Assembly (NCBI RefSeq): GCF_001194135.2
Contig: NC_068986.1
Span: 25,190,818-25,239,557, forward strand
Source: Octopus bimaculoides
Lineage: Eukaryota
DNA length: 48,740 bases
Direction of reading: 5' to 3'
Made by a program: the position numbers and the translations under genes. Of the stretch, positions 1 through 14,200 are shown in pieces (position 1 is the stretch's first letter; the number at the start of each line of letters is the position of its first letter). The notes under the pieces are model-generated. The model searched no databases and was not told where the DNA came from. It was given only the letters and a program-made list of their open reading frames with translations.

Positions 1-187
1 TATATATGGGAGAATTTACGAAAAAAACAACAGACGAAGACAGGTGGTGTAAACAACAAATGGATGTATTAGTTTAACGCTCGGGAATAGAGAAAGTCTT
101 TGATGTTTTGAGCTACGCTCTTCAACTGAAAGAAACACAAAAAGAAATAAGGAGAGAAAAAATATAAATGTAGTGGGCAGCGATCTA

Positions 188-242
188 TCATATATATATA
201 CATACATAGATATATATACACATACATGCATATATATACACG

Positions 243-290
<48 letters not shown>

Positions 291-310
291 TATACATACA
301 TACACATACG
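188..310. repeat. (TA)n/(CA)n microsatellite
   Basis: Visible dinucleotide runs; source of the spurious ORFs at 16-382. Confidence 0.95.
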
Positions 311-312
311 TA

Positions 313-600
313 CAGGATGCAATGGGTAAATTGTCACCATTTTATATTTTTAATTTCATACATGCGCACTGTTTGCTTCTGATTTTGTCAACTACACAGT
401 AAAGTAGAGTCAGTTGGGCACTGTCTGTCAGAAAAACAGCACCATGACGCAATTCACTCTGCCAGAAATTTGGAAACGACATGCTGCAGTGCTTGGCATT
501 CACACTGGAAGCTCTAATATGAACAATTCAGAGTGTTTGGGTGTCAATCTGAGGACAGTTCAGAAGATTCAGAAAGAGTTGGATGAGTCTAATGGTGATC
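313..600 (+). mobile_element. Tc1/mariner relic: TIR-like 5' end plus N-terminal HTH of transposase
   Basis: TA|CAGGATG start; MTQFTLPEIWKRHAAVLG..SECLGVNLRTVQKIQKEL resembles a transposase HTH; truncated. Confidence 0.55.
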
Positions 601-1089
601 AGCAAATTAAACATTTGATGTGTCTAATTTGTTTATCCACATAATTGCCTCTATACCCGCTCAACCTGATCCTTCTTATAACCTTTCTTTACCTTGTGGA
701 ATGACCCCCTGTAAAGACATCAGAATTTAAGTTATGCATGTGTTTGCACCTGCTAAAAATTTCAGATCTGGAATTAAGCAATATGTTGGAATTCATGGGC
801 CTAAGAAGAATATGAGATCTTTCTGCTCAGCATAAGTTGCATTTTCTTAAATCCTTTCATATATGTCTAGGAATTCTCCATTTGATTGAATGTGGTGTGG
901 ATTTGGTCTTTAAATTCTATGTTACTAACCAACTCAGTTGTATTACTTTCGTTGATGTACTGGAAAGAAGACAGGCGCTTTGCATAAGGTTTTTTCTTTT
1001 TTAAATTGTCTTCACAAAATGGATCTAAGAAATGCAACTTATGCGTAGCAGATAGATCTGATGTAAACAAACCAACGCGTATATATAAG

Positions 1090-1235
1090 ACAGGTTTCTT
1101 TTAGATTTTTTCTATCAAATCTACAAGTCTTTGGTTGGCCCACTGTTATAGCAGAAGACACAAGCCCTTGGTGTCATACAGTTAGATTGAACCCACAACT
1201 ATATGGTTGGTAAGGAAAATTTTACTACACAGGCA
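1090..1235 (-). mobile_element. Degenerate tRNA-headed SINE (family A head)
   Basis: Reverse complement resembles the head of the copy at 21917; boundaries approximate. Confidence 0.6.
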
Positions 1236-1289
1236 TATATATATATACGTGCATGTAGGTGTGTGTGTGCACGCGTGTGTATGTGAGTT

Positions 1290-1530
1290 TTCTTGAATTG
1301 ATATCACGTGATAGTTGTAAACGAATGTCTCCGGTGTGGTGAAAACGATGTCCTTCGTTTCCAGTCTTCTGTGAAAGCATGTCTGTCCATGGGAAATATT
1401 ACCCTACTTGAAAACAGTTGAGGGTTGGCGACAAGAAGAGTATCCATCTGTAGAAAATCCGCCTCGACAAAACTCTATCCTACCCATGTGAGCATGAAAA
1501 AGTAATATGATGATGATGATGATGACGATC
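1290..1530 (+). mobile_element. SINE 3' half ending in an RTE-type tail (family B)
   Basis: GGTTGGCGACAAGAAGAGTATCC..CCCATGTGAGCATG..(GAT)n; similar to 10215-10360 and 35470-35615. Confidence 0.7.
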
Positions 1531-2220
1531 TTTCTGTCCCCCCCTCTCTTTCTCTATATAGATAGATAGATAGATAGATACAGATGTATATAACGTGGGA
1601 TGTATGTATGTATACGTATTTATACATCATATATACATATAAATTTACATATGATATATACATGAGATACATATACCATATACATATCATGAATATCCCA
1701 TATATATATATATATATATACATAACATTAATTTTACGGATGTTTGATTGTATGATGGCCGTAACCAGTGGTAACAGAGAACATATACAAGTAGAATTAT
1801 GCTGCTTTAAATCTGGAGGAAAAATCACCCGCTTCTATGGATATAATTACACTCAATTAGAAGAAAAGTCAACACAATTGAAATACATATATATATAAAT
1901 ACAAGATTTGACAATATACTTATTCCTGCCCTATTTTACAAATATTAAAAAGTTGTTTACCATCGTAGCTCCGATTGTCCTGCCGGAAATCAATGCTTAG
2001 AATTGTTACGAGACTACACACAGTTAGTCATGTGTTGCGTTAAAAATCATTATTTTAAATTCTTCGTTCTAAATATTCTATAAATATTTATTTTACTATC
2101 GTAACTATATTTTATGGATAATGATTGTATATTAAGACGATTTTTCAGGAAAAACTAATATTTAAAATTTTTTTTTCTTTAGTTGGAGGCTAGCATATTC
2201 CGGGCGTGGACAGTGATAAA

Positions 2221-2233
2221 ATGGCTGCTTCGG
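2221..2233 (+). CDS. EIF4B: eIF4B coding exon 1 (MAAS + G)
   Basis: AAAATGGCTGCTTCGG|GTAAGT; phase-1 join to exon 2 gives MAASGKK. Confidence 0.88.
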
Positions 2234-5200
2234 GTAAGTGCATGCTTGTGCCTTCTTAAAAGTAGCCTGATTTTTTTCTTTAAAGAGAAAACTGTTTTAT
2301 TATTTGCTTGTTTCCTTTTTTTATAATCATTAACCGTGATATTTCTTGAAGTATTGTTTGTTAAATTATTCTTTTTACCCTCCCCGAATGCACATGAATC
2401 TAATTTTAAAATTCTATAACGATATTCATGTCTTCATGAAACCCACACGTTGACGTGTTTCTCGGCTCACACACACACACACACACACATATATTCTCAT
2501 TTGCTCTTTTTCTAACCCGGTCTTTATTTTATAACGGCTTTTTTTTTTCACCCCCATTTAAAAAGATGTTAGAAACTATATAAAGATCCATATATAGACA
2601 AAAAAATTATATTCTTAAATCTCATTTCGTATCATTTTGATGTTAATTTTTTTTTTCGTCCTTATTTGAGTCGCCAACAATTTTCGATTATCTAAAATTC
2701 GAAATAACATTTTTTAATATTAAATTAGATTTCTTAAGGCTAAGTTATCTTAGAATTAAAAAAAAAAAGCTTTGGTTACTACTAGAAGTCGATGGTCTCA
2801 CCTTTGGTTTTCGTGCAAAATAAAAAAAAAAAAAGAAACCTGAAGCCCAATCGTCGTAGATTGTGGTTTAGTTCTTTTAGTAGACAGCTGTGCTAGTCTC
2901 TTGCAATTTCTAACTTTCTCAGTGCTCTAATAGTTACTTGCCTGCTATAATTACACAGATCACACGATCAGTTAGCGAGTCTTCATTGTTATTAACTACC
3001 ATTTCTTTATTTTAACTTTCGGTGAGGGGGAGATATTTTATAATTCTAGAAATCCTCACTTTGATAAACTAACGAAGCTTCAGCAAAAATTACCTAATAC
3101 TTCAATAATCCCTGAAAATAATCTAATGGTGGTTACTAGTTATTTTTGTTAACAATCTACACGAACCTTCGCTTAAAAATCTGTTGTGAGCCTAGAAATA
3201 TTTCAGATATTCATTATGCCTGCATTTTTGTGAAAACCTTCTTCCAATTCCATTAATTGTTGCTCTTGTATCACAATCCTCTTTTTCCCTCGTTTTAAAC
3301 ATTCCATTATATACTACTTATATGCTTTTGCGTGTTGACTTTTCAACATTTTATATGCTTCAGATTTAGTGACTTCCCCCTACACACACTTTTAACTTCA
3401 TTCCGATGGCGTTTACTTGTAACTTGCGTGTGACATCAATCCATGGCTTTCTCTCCAATTGAAAACGATGATATTATTCTGCTGACTCTCTTTCAACATT
3501 GGCGTCGATTTCAGAGTTTTATTCTGTCGGATCTAATCTATTTACAGTCAACTAACTAGCTCAAAACATATTATCGACTATACACTAGTTTTTAATCGCT
3601 TTAGATTTGTTTCAGCGCAATTTGGCAACTTAATACAACAAATACTTATGATTGCCTCAAAAACTGATGACGGGGGTTATTAAGCTTTTATAGGTTACAC
3701 AGTACAATAAATGTATTCTGGCATTGCTTTCAAGTTTTCTTTGTTCTTTTACTTAATTTATATATTTGATAAAAATTTCTCACCTCGTTCAAAGAAAGAC
3801 TAACGTTAAATGTATATTGACCAAACCGATTTTTTTTTTATCATCTGAATCTTGTATTGTGATTTCTATTTATAGTGGCCTGTATGTAAGTTAGGAGCTA
3901 AAACTATTTAACTAAACAAGAAAGGGGGACAGGTAATGAAATATCTCCCGCCTGTTTCTAATCTGTCACTTCTAACTTGTGTTAGTTTCGGCAACGAGGG
4001 AATCGGAGTCTCTCTCTCTTTACCCTTGATCTTCTTCGCTTTCCTCCTCTCTCCCACTAACTCTCCTGTCGTTTTTCGCGGAAAAAAAAATAATGGCGGA
4101 AATTTTCTTTTCCATGACACGTGTTCCCGATTAGCATTGCAATATAAAGCCATTAATATTTGTATTTTATTAATATCATTATTGTTGTAAATCTTAAAGT
4201 AATTCAGTTAATTTGTTTCGGTGTTGTTATTTTAGCTTTATTAGTCGAGATAGAACCTAGCGTATGGCATTACGCTCCATGTTAGAACAGTTCCAACAAT
4301 AAATCGGGGTGAGATGTGACCACCAAATGAACTTATACTTTTATCCGGTGTATCTATTTAATGTTATACAGTATTGTATTGACAAACAGAAGTTAAAATA
4401 TAACCTACTTTATGCGTGTCGGTTATGGTAGCAACATGTAATATGTTGACTTTTGTTTAATGAAGGATTTTAAGTTCATTAAGATTACTTGTTTCATTTC
4501 GATGAAAATACATGGTTTAAATTCATATTCATCGTTTACTCATTTTTATTTTATTTTTCACATGTTTCAGTAGACCTTCATTTCAGATTAAATTATACAA
4601 TTCAATCCCTTTTCAAGACATGAATCATTCAGGAGCGGATGTTTGTTGGTTCTTGATAGTTTCATAGAAAAAACTAGTCTGGGTGATTATTCGTTGACAT
4701 GACAATTCTTTTAGGTTCGGGCATGTAAAGTAACCTTGCCCCCCACCCTGCCATCTCCAGATTTGGTTTGACTTACTAGTTTTGTTTTGTAAGAATCTCG
4801 TTTGACAAGCGTCACCCTCGTTTTATTACATCATCTTAGTAATCAAATAACCTGGCAAGTTTGAGTTCAGAGTAATCAAAATAGGTTTCAATTATCTAAT
4901 TCCTCCCAAACATTTTTGGTAGAATTTTTAATAATACTTTCTTCAAACTTTCCGATGTTAGTCTGTACGAATTTGGCCCAACTAGTGCAGGTTCTCTAAA
5001 TTTGCGGTATTTTAGAAGAGTATCCTCATAAATATTTTGATCAGTTCAGCAGTCACTAGAATAATCTGGACCCGATATTGTGATAATTTAGTCATTATGA
5101 CAAACTTTGGTTTTAAAAATTACCTTAAGAAAGCGCATATGTTAATTCCTAACACTAGTTTAGAGGCCACCAAAACAACTTCTAGATGTCTTTCTAGTTA

Positions 5201-8200
5201 ACGTTTATTTTTTCAATTTATCGATGGTTTCGCCTTGTTATTATTAATCTTCATTTATACTCAAGGTTTCTGTAGAAGAGGAGCTTTATCTGTTGTGAGT
5301 TGAAGCTTGCTTCCCAACCACATGGTTCCGGGTTTTAGTCCCACAGCGTGGCACCTTGGGCGAGTGTTTTCTGCTATACCTTCGAGCAGACCAAAACGTT
5401 GTGGGTGGATTTGGTAGACAGAAACTGAAAGAAGCCCGTCGTATATATATTTTTGTTTGTGTCTGTGTTTGTCCCCCCCCCCCCGACATCGCTTGACAAC
5501 TGATGCTGGTGTGTTTATGTCTCCGTAACTTAGTTACCGATAGAATAAGCTCTAAGACCGATAGAATAAGCTCTAAGCGTATAAAGAATAAGTCCTGGGG
5601 TCGATTTCTTCGATTAAAACCCTTTAAAGCGGTGCTCCAGCATGGCTGCAGTCAAATCACTGAGACAAATAAAATAATAAAAGAATGGCTATATAAGATA
5701 ATGTTGGAGAAGAAGAATTACAGCAGTGAATTGAATTCCTTTACACTAATCGGTAGTTTTTTTTTTTATTGCAAATAGTTGGGAAATGCTTGAGAAAGAA
5801 AATACTTCCAAATTATATACAGATTGTAATGATTTTCAGAGTGACAGCAATGTTGAGTGAAATGGAGCCATCAATCTTAGTGTCAGGGTAGTGGTAACAT
5901 ACAACTGCTAAATATGAGGAATGTCAAAGAGGTTTTCCATAATGCAGTTATTTCTATAGATATGATTTGAATTTGTTGCTGATAAAGATACCCAGTATGG
6001 AAGTATTTGAAAGCTAATTTGAACCTTCTGACTGTCAGTTGCTTAGAATTGTAATTAGTTATCCTTCTAAAGCTAATTCTCAGCATAGTTTTGGTTTAAC
6101 TCTTTAGCATATAAACCAGTCATATCTGATCTAAATATTCTACTTGTTTTATGTTCAAACCAACCAGATCTGGCCTCACATACCTACTCCACAATGTCAT
6201 TCTAAAAATAAAACAATCACATCATCAAAATCTCAGCTGTTAGATAGTGTATGCTTAATTCGAACCAATGTGAACAAATAAGCATTACATTTGACAGTAA
6301 TCTGAATATTAAAGGGTTAATGTATATCAAACGCGTCCAAAATAATAATTTTCTAAGCAAAACAGGCAAATAACACAAGCTATAAAGACCTAGAAATATG
6401 TTTTAAAAAGGAGTGTGTTTCATGGAGTATTAAAACTTATATTCCTTAACTTAAAAGTGATACTTAAATCTTTGTAATATAAGTTATATATTTATTGTCT
6501 TTGACTATTTTAAATGTGATGACTTCTTGACAAATAATATTGAATCTGCAATAAATATAAAAGAAATTAATGAGCTGAGTGAGTTTAGCATGTTAATAAA
6601 ATTGTGATGGGTTAAGGTCGTATGAAGAGTTGATTGAAAGTTCATGTAATACCGAGAAAGTATTGTACTTAATTGACTTAACCATGCTGCCTAATTTTAT
6701 AACAGCACTGACTGACCATCTTAGGTTAAATGAGCAACAAATCACTTTCAATGGCTCTCAGGAAGTTATGAGATGTTTTACAAACACTCAGCTCAGAGTG
6801 CACTGCTTTCTATAATAGAAACAGCTGTAAGCTAATGAATTTGATTGTGTAATTTCTGTTCTCCTGTCATTGAATAATTTATATACATGTATGTATTATT
6901 CATTTTCTTTGCATTTTTATATAGACATATTAATTTATTATATCATTTTGATCAGGACTGTGGAGTCATAAAAAAAAACAACATAAATCATTCCAATTCC
7001 TCTATTTTTAATTAGACTAATCATATATTTCTTATATTGATTGAAAGCCAACAACACATATATGGTCCATGTGAAGCATAGTGCTACTTTTCAGTACTGT
7101 AACTTGTTTGGATTGATATGACTAGCCATACAATTGTGGCTTTTTGTATTATTTATTAACGAAATTACTATTAAGCATTTGACAAAACTTACAAAAATAT
7201 TGCCTATTTCTGTCAAAAGGATATCAAAATGCCACAAAAGAATTGAGAATATTTTTGTTTACCAGTTCGCAAATCTAAAAGTACATCAAAGTTATATTAC
7301 TAAAAGGTTATCTAAAACAAATGGGAAAAAAAGACTATTTTAAGAGAAATGAATTTCATTAGATACTTACTTACGCCTTCCTTTCCAAGACTAAAAGCAT
7401 TGTTATACAAACATGAAGTGAATGTAATAAGAAAGATTACTGTATTTGATATCATATAAGATGTGCATTTTTTTTCCCCTAAAAATGACTCGAAAATCAC
7501 CCCAGATCCTATATGCAAGGTTGATTTAAATATAATGTACTTCAATGCCCTGAAAATGTGCTGCTAAAATTGAGAAATATGCTAACATCTTATTCTCAAA
7601 AGCCAAACTGATTCTAAAAGATTCTTGCTCATAGAAACCATTAAATCTGATTTATTTTTGAAATTTTAATGCAACTTATTACATTTTACTTTTGGTTAGG
7701 TTCAGAATATTTTTACCAATTAATTTAAGCATTCTGAACAAATAACTGTATGTGTAGATGTACATGATTGTACATCTACCCACAAAACCATGTAGTTTCA
7801 GGTTTTATTCCAGTGTTTTACTTTGGGCAAGGATCTATTGATATAGCCTTGGACTAGCCAATGACTTGTGAGTGGTATTTGGTAGCCAGAAACTGTATGA
7901 AGACTTGTGAGTGGGTGTTTGTTTGTACATCTTTATATCATTGACACTGTTTGAGCAATGGTTTACATCTCATATAAACACAGTTCAACATTTGAAGATG
8001 AGCAGAATAACAATGCCTCAGCTGAAAAGTAGGTAAGGGCTGGAAACAAGGAGAACCTGCAACCATTGAATACTGGATCAGTAAGTCTTATCCAACCCAC
8101 ACCACCATGAAAAAGTGTTAAGAGATGTGCACACAAACACAAAATTATTTTAATCTCCATCTTCACGTGTGTTTCATCTAGCAGAATAACCAAACTGAAA

Positions 8201-11200
8201 AGGAGCCTGTTAATGACTGACAGGGCATTGACCTTTTAGTAAAAGACAAAGAGTATACTGTGTCCATTGGAAATACTGAACAGTACTAAGAGATGTAAAG
8301 GTGTAAGAAGGAAGTCAGCTGATTACACATTATCATCTGCACTTTTTGAGCTTCAGATTCCTCATACTTTCTGCAATGGGACCTGACTGGAAATAAGGCA
8401 GAGTAACTTGGTAATCTTTTGGCAAAGCATTCAACACCAGTCTTATTTGTTTTAGGTCTCTTTCTAGTTTAGATTTTACAATACACTCATGTTACAGGAT
8501 ATGAATTGCTTTCTGGCATCACAGTCTTTCTCTTAATGGATTTTCATTTAGTGATTACATGTATTCATCTCTTCTGCAAGACAGTTATTCAATCACATCT
8601 TTCTGTACTATACCCATTCAACTGAAGGGTCTTGTCTTGTGCGTACTTGGTAGTGCTGGTGCCATGAAAAAAAAGCATCCAGTGTACTCTGAGGTACTCA
8701 GTAAAGTGGTTGATGTTAGGGAGGGCACCTGTCTGTAAAAACCATACCCAATATTGGAGCTCAGCTTATCAATTCCTGTTGTACCATCCAATCCCTGTCA
8801 GCATGGAAAAGGGATGTTATTAATGATGATGATGACAACGTCAGTTGCTAATTTGATCCCACTGCACGGAACTTTGGACAAGTTTCTCCCACTACAGCCT
8901 CAGACCAAAGTCTTGTGAGTGAAATTTAGTTGACTTAAACTCTGGATTCTCATCAGAATGATAATTCTTATTCTTGGCCAGCCGTTCAGTTTAATAGTAT
9001 CCACATGGCCCTTGGATGCCTTTATCAGAGTCCACATCATTACATGCATTCAGATATTGTCTCTGGTTGCAAAGTCTCTGAAAAGAATCATGTACACTGC
9101 CCACACCTGGTGAAGCCTTTAAAAGGTTTTTTATACTTTACTCTCTTGTTCTATCTATCTTCCTGGTCTTCTCTATCTCCTGGTCTTCTGGTAGTATTTA
9201 GAATTACAAAGCATTCATTTGCAACCTGCCACCATGGCAGCACAACGCTGCTAAACATTGTTGACTACAGCCATGTGTTTCGATGATACATTTCTACTCA
9301 TGCCAATATTTAAGTGGATTTTTAGCCCTTCAAGGTGCTATCCAAGAAAAATGTGAGATCAAATAGTCATACTAATGCTTGAAAAAGTCAAATTGCTGAA
9401 GAAATTCCTAAAGGAACACCTGTAAGGACTTTCAGATCATCGACTTTATATGACTTAAACAAAAGAAGCCCATTTTGAAGATTTTTGCTGAAAACAGAAA
9501 TCAGTAAAATTTAAAGTTTTAGTAAATATTGAAAGGTGTCAGGAGTGTCAATTAAGACAATGAAATTATAGTGATGTAAGCTACTGCATAATGTATGTAT
9601 AAGCATTACTGGAAAGGTACTTATGGAACCAGCCAAAGTTAGAATATGATTTACTTGTGCATATAATGTTTACATGTACTTTCTACAATTGTGTTTTGTT
9701 TTAGATTTTACATTACATGTAACTATAAAAACCTTGTTTTAAAAGCCTTATTAGTATTATTAATGCTGCTTGCTTCCCAACCACATGGCTCCAGGTTCAA
9801 TCCCACTGCCTGGTACCATGAGCAAGTATCATCTACTATAGCCAGACACTCTACCCCAGCTAATCTAAGCTTTATAAGTAGATGTAGGAGCCTGTCGTGT
9901 AAAGAGACCAATAGAATAAATAAAAGATGTGTATATATGTGTGTGTGTATATATATATANNNNNNNNNNNNNNNNNNNNNNNNNNNNNNNNNNNNNNNNN
10001 NNNNNNNNNNNNNNNNNNNNNNNNNNNNNNNNNNNNNNNNNNNNNNNNNNNNNNNNNNNNNNNNNNNNNNNNNNNNNNNNNNNNNNNNATATATATAATA
10101 TATATAAAGGCATAGGCTTAGCTCTGTGGGAAGCCATTTGCTTTCCAGCCACATGGTTCCAGTTTCAGTCCCACTGCATGGCACTTTGTGTCTTCTGTTA
10201 TACCCCTGAGCCAACCTAACCCAGTCATGGGGGGAAATATTGCCTTTCTTGGAAACAAGTGGGGGTTGGTGACAGGAAGGGCATTCACTTGAAGAAAATC
10301 TGCCTTGATACACTCCATCTTTTTCATGCAAGCATGGAAAAGTAGGCATTAAAATGATGTGTGTATGAGGATAAGGCAGCTTGGCTGGCTGTGTGATTAA
10401 GAAGTTTACTTTGCAGCCATGTGTTTTGGGTTCAGTCCCACTGCATAGCACCTTGGATAAGCAACTTCTACTTTAGCCGTGGGCCAACAAAGTCTTGTGA
10501 GCGGATTTGGTAGATGGAAACTAAAAGAAGCCCAATCATGTCACATTTTTTAATGAAACCTTTCATAATTTAAAGCAGAAGGATGTAAATCATGATAGTC
10601 CCATCGTTTGTATGTGAGGAACAATGTTCAATACAACCTTTATTTGAGAGCATGATTTGTAAGATTTTAGGCAGCTGTTTTCAACAGGTGGAGCAATAAC
10701 TAGAGATAATTGCATGTGTGTGTGTATTAAACCTTGTCGTGTCTGGTATTTAGCAGTGTTCCATAGCTGCAATACATTTTTTTCTGTTATGTAAATATAT
10801 AGATTTCAGACAAATCTAACCTATATATAAAAGGGAGGTGTAATGTTGCATAACGACAAAACCTATTGTATTTTAATTTGAAACAAGCCTTTCTCTCTGC
10901 CCATTATTTAACATATTTTAAACAAAAAGTTAAAAGATTGGAAATGTATATTTCTTAACCCTTTACTTGGACATTGTGAACAAACTTAGGAAAATGCTTT
11001 AAACAGGCAAAGGGTTGAGATTATGAAACCTATTGCAGTTAATCAAACTAGCTCAGTTGAAGACATTAAACTGAAGATCTAAAAGTTCCCTGCTTCAGTC
11101 TTTGGTTTTGGCAGGATAGAAATTATTACTGATTGAAATTTCTCTAATTAGACTGGCTTAGAAGTTGGAAATCATGTCAGTTTTATCCCCCACTTACTCA

Positions 11201-14200
11201 ATCTTCAACCCCCACCCCCTGTGAGACATTGCCATAAATCGTTAGTTCACACGGCCTTGACAAAGTGTCTACAAAATTTGAAATTCAGAACTTGATTTAG
11301 TTTCAAATAAAGAAATAAACTCTTATCTATTCTGTACTCTCTCCTTAAAGAGAGACTTAGAAACAACTTGCTTGGGCAGGTGCTGCCAATCGAAAGCTCT
11401 GCCTACTGACAACAGTAGGTTACAAGGAGCATCAGATGAGAATGTGCTCTGTTTTGGAGCCTTGCTTTTTAGCAACTTTACAGTTTTCCACTCCCACTTC
11501 CAGATGTGAGGCCCTACTTACTGGATCAGCTGTCTAGTATTTGATCTTAACTTAGGTCCTTCATTTTGGGATCTTCAATACCATTCAAATTATGGAGTCA
11601 TACAGGACTGATTTGTCATACAGACATCTATACATTACTTTAAACACTTTCTGTCATACCTTTTCAGCCTTACCCAATGGCTGGCCCTCTCAACTGTTGA
11701 TTGGATTTCCTTTTAAGATGGTGTTAGTTTGGCAATGGATTTCTCTACTCGGTATCAGGACAATAAACACTCTAACCCACTGTATCTATAAATATTTCTG
11801 ATTTTCATTTTTTACCTGGGTCTCCTTCATGTGGCTTTTAACTTACTAAGCCCTATGGCTCATTTTAGCATCAGAAATGCTAATATCTGCATCTCATAAT
11901 AAAATTGAATCAGCTCTTGATATAGAGTTTTCCATAGCAACTTGAGTATATAAACTAATAAAATAGAATTTTCAAAGGAAAGTGATTGGGCACAGTTCAT
12001 TTGGACACTGATGATTTCTCATTCATACTTTTCGGTACTTGAGGCAAACACAGACACGTATATATACAGATAGAGAGAGCGGGCAACATTGCAATTTATC
12101 AATTGAACACAACTGACATAAGCACTGTCCTCCTCATGAAAGCATGTGACTTAGTGGTTAGTGTATTTGGCTCACAATCATAAAGTTGTGAGGTCAATTT
12201 GAGCAAGACACTTTATTCCACATTCAGCTGGCAGAAATGAGTTTTGTATCTGTATTTCAAAAGGCCGGCATTGTCGTATTCGGTGTGTCTGGCTGAAACT
12301 CTTAGAGAACTACATTAAGGCTATCTGTGTCTGTGGAGTACTCAGCCACTTGCACATTAATTTCACAAGCAGACTTTTCCATTGATCAAATTAACTGAAA
12401 CACTTGTCATCATGACCAACGGAGTACCCAGCCAGCTTCTCATGTACTTAAAGAGAAATGTACCCTCGCATAAACAGAGGAGTGAAAGAGGGATAGACAT
12501 TTAAACATCTGATGTCAAATAAGTCAGCATTGAATTAGCAGTGCCAAAATACTACCTCCCCATTTATTGAGGCATGGACCTTGTGACAATAGTGTGCTCA
12601 TGGCAGATCTAGCCAGCTTACCATTTTCCTTACTTTACTAGTAGCAGACATGCAGTTTAGGAAATGCATGGCTGTTTGTTATAACAAATTTCTAGACCAT
12701 TTCCAATGTGAAACATTTATTTTGTAAATCTTATGTTTTTCTCTTCTAGGTAAAAAACAGAAGAAGCGGAAAGGAAAGACTTTTAATCTAAATGACTTTC
12801 TGGCAGATGAACAGCGTGGGTTACCTGGGGGACCAGGTAGCAATATTGTGCGGACAAGGCAGACAATGAATTCTTGGGCGGAAGAGGCTGCAAGTCTTGA
12901 TCTTGATGGTAAGTATATTAAGAAATAAAAGCTATTTTGAGGCACTTGCCTGCTTTTCTGTCACACCTTTCAAATACTGAAATATCAAACAAATCATTTT
13001 AAGAGGGAAACTCCAAGTAGATGAAGTTACCACTCCGGAGTGGTTGGCGTTAGGAAGGGCATCCAGCTGTAGAAACTCTGCCAAATCAGATTGGAGCCTG
13101 GTGTAGCCATCTGGTTTCACCAGTCCTCAGTCAAATCGTCCAACCCATGGAAAGCGGACGTTAAACGATGATGATGATGAATATTGGGTTAAAAATCCCT
13201 TGAATAGAAAAAAATGGCAATGGCTGCCTGTGGAATGGTAACACATCTCAGTCATCAACTTTTTTCTATCCAAGAGTGTTTTTGACCCATTATTTTACAT
13301 GTTATCTATAGCTTTATCTATGAGTTCTACCATTAAAACAATTTATTTGATATCTCAATGTTTCTAATTTAAAAAAATGCTTATTAAAATATCACTTTTT
13401 CTTCAATATTTGCATAAGTTGTGACAGCATTCAGTGAAGTGTATGACGAAATGTTTGTGTATCATTTTGCCCATTCATGTGGCTGTGATGGGTTTCAATA
13501 AACTAGCCTGTGTTAACTTCAACATAAACAGTACTGATGAATTAGAAATGCACATTTTCTCTGCTAACCTTTACCTAAGTAATTTAAGTATCTGGTATGT
13601 TTAGTTCAACAGATATCATCAACTCTTTTAAGTACAGTTCCACAAGTACACGACTGTGTCCTGAAATATATGTAACAGCAATTTAAAACATTAATGTTTT
13701 CTTTTCAATTTTTGAGCATCATATGGTGGTTAGAATTTGGTGATATTTATTTGTTCATTGTTTATTTATTATTAATTAATAATTCAAAAATAGGAGAGCT
13801 TCCAAGCTCTCATTTCAGTGCCATCTATATCATATTGGTCAGAATTTGTTGATTCTTGGCAGGAGTGGAGTGATCATGTAGTTATCACTGCATCAATGCT
13901 GTTGTTAGTAATTTAGTGTCATAAAACTTGTGAACTTCAAAGCAAAGCTCGTTGGGTATTCAAAACTTTTTCCTAAAGCAACTTTTGTCAAGCTGAGTGA
14001 TGAAACTAAATATGCACATCAACAGACCAACACTGCCTTCATTGCATCAATGTGGGAAATGATAATATATCTTGGAATGCATTTTTTAATGGGAGTGGTG
14101 CAGCTTTTTAGTTACAGGAAATACTAAACACATGTCAGCTCTGAAACACAAAATCAGTGCCCAGGAATAAAAAAAATCTTGTAAATATATGTGAAAACAT

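Noticed and set aside
95-130. Hammerhead-like motif on the minus strand (TTGAAGA-GCGTAGCTC-AAAAC) in a Penelope-like end fragment
   Set aside because: Two core positions deviate (C3, G12) and I could not form stem I; at best a decayed relic.
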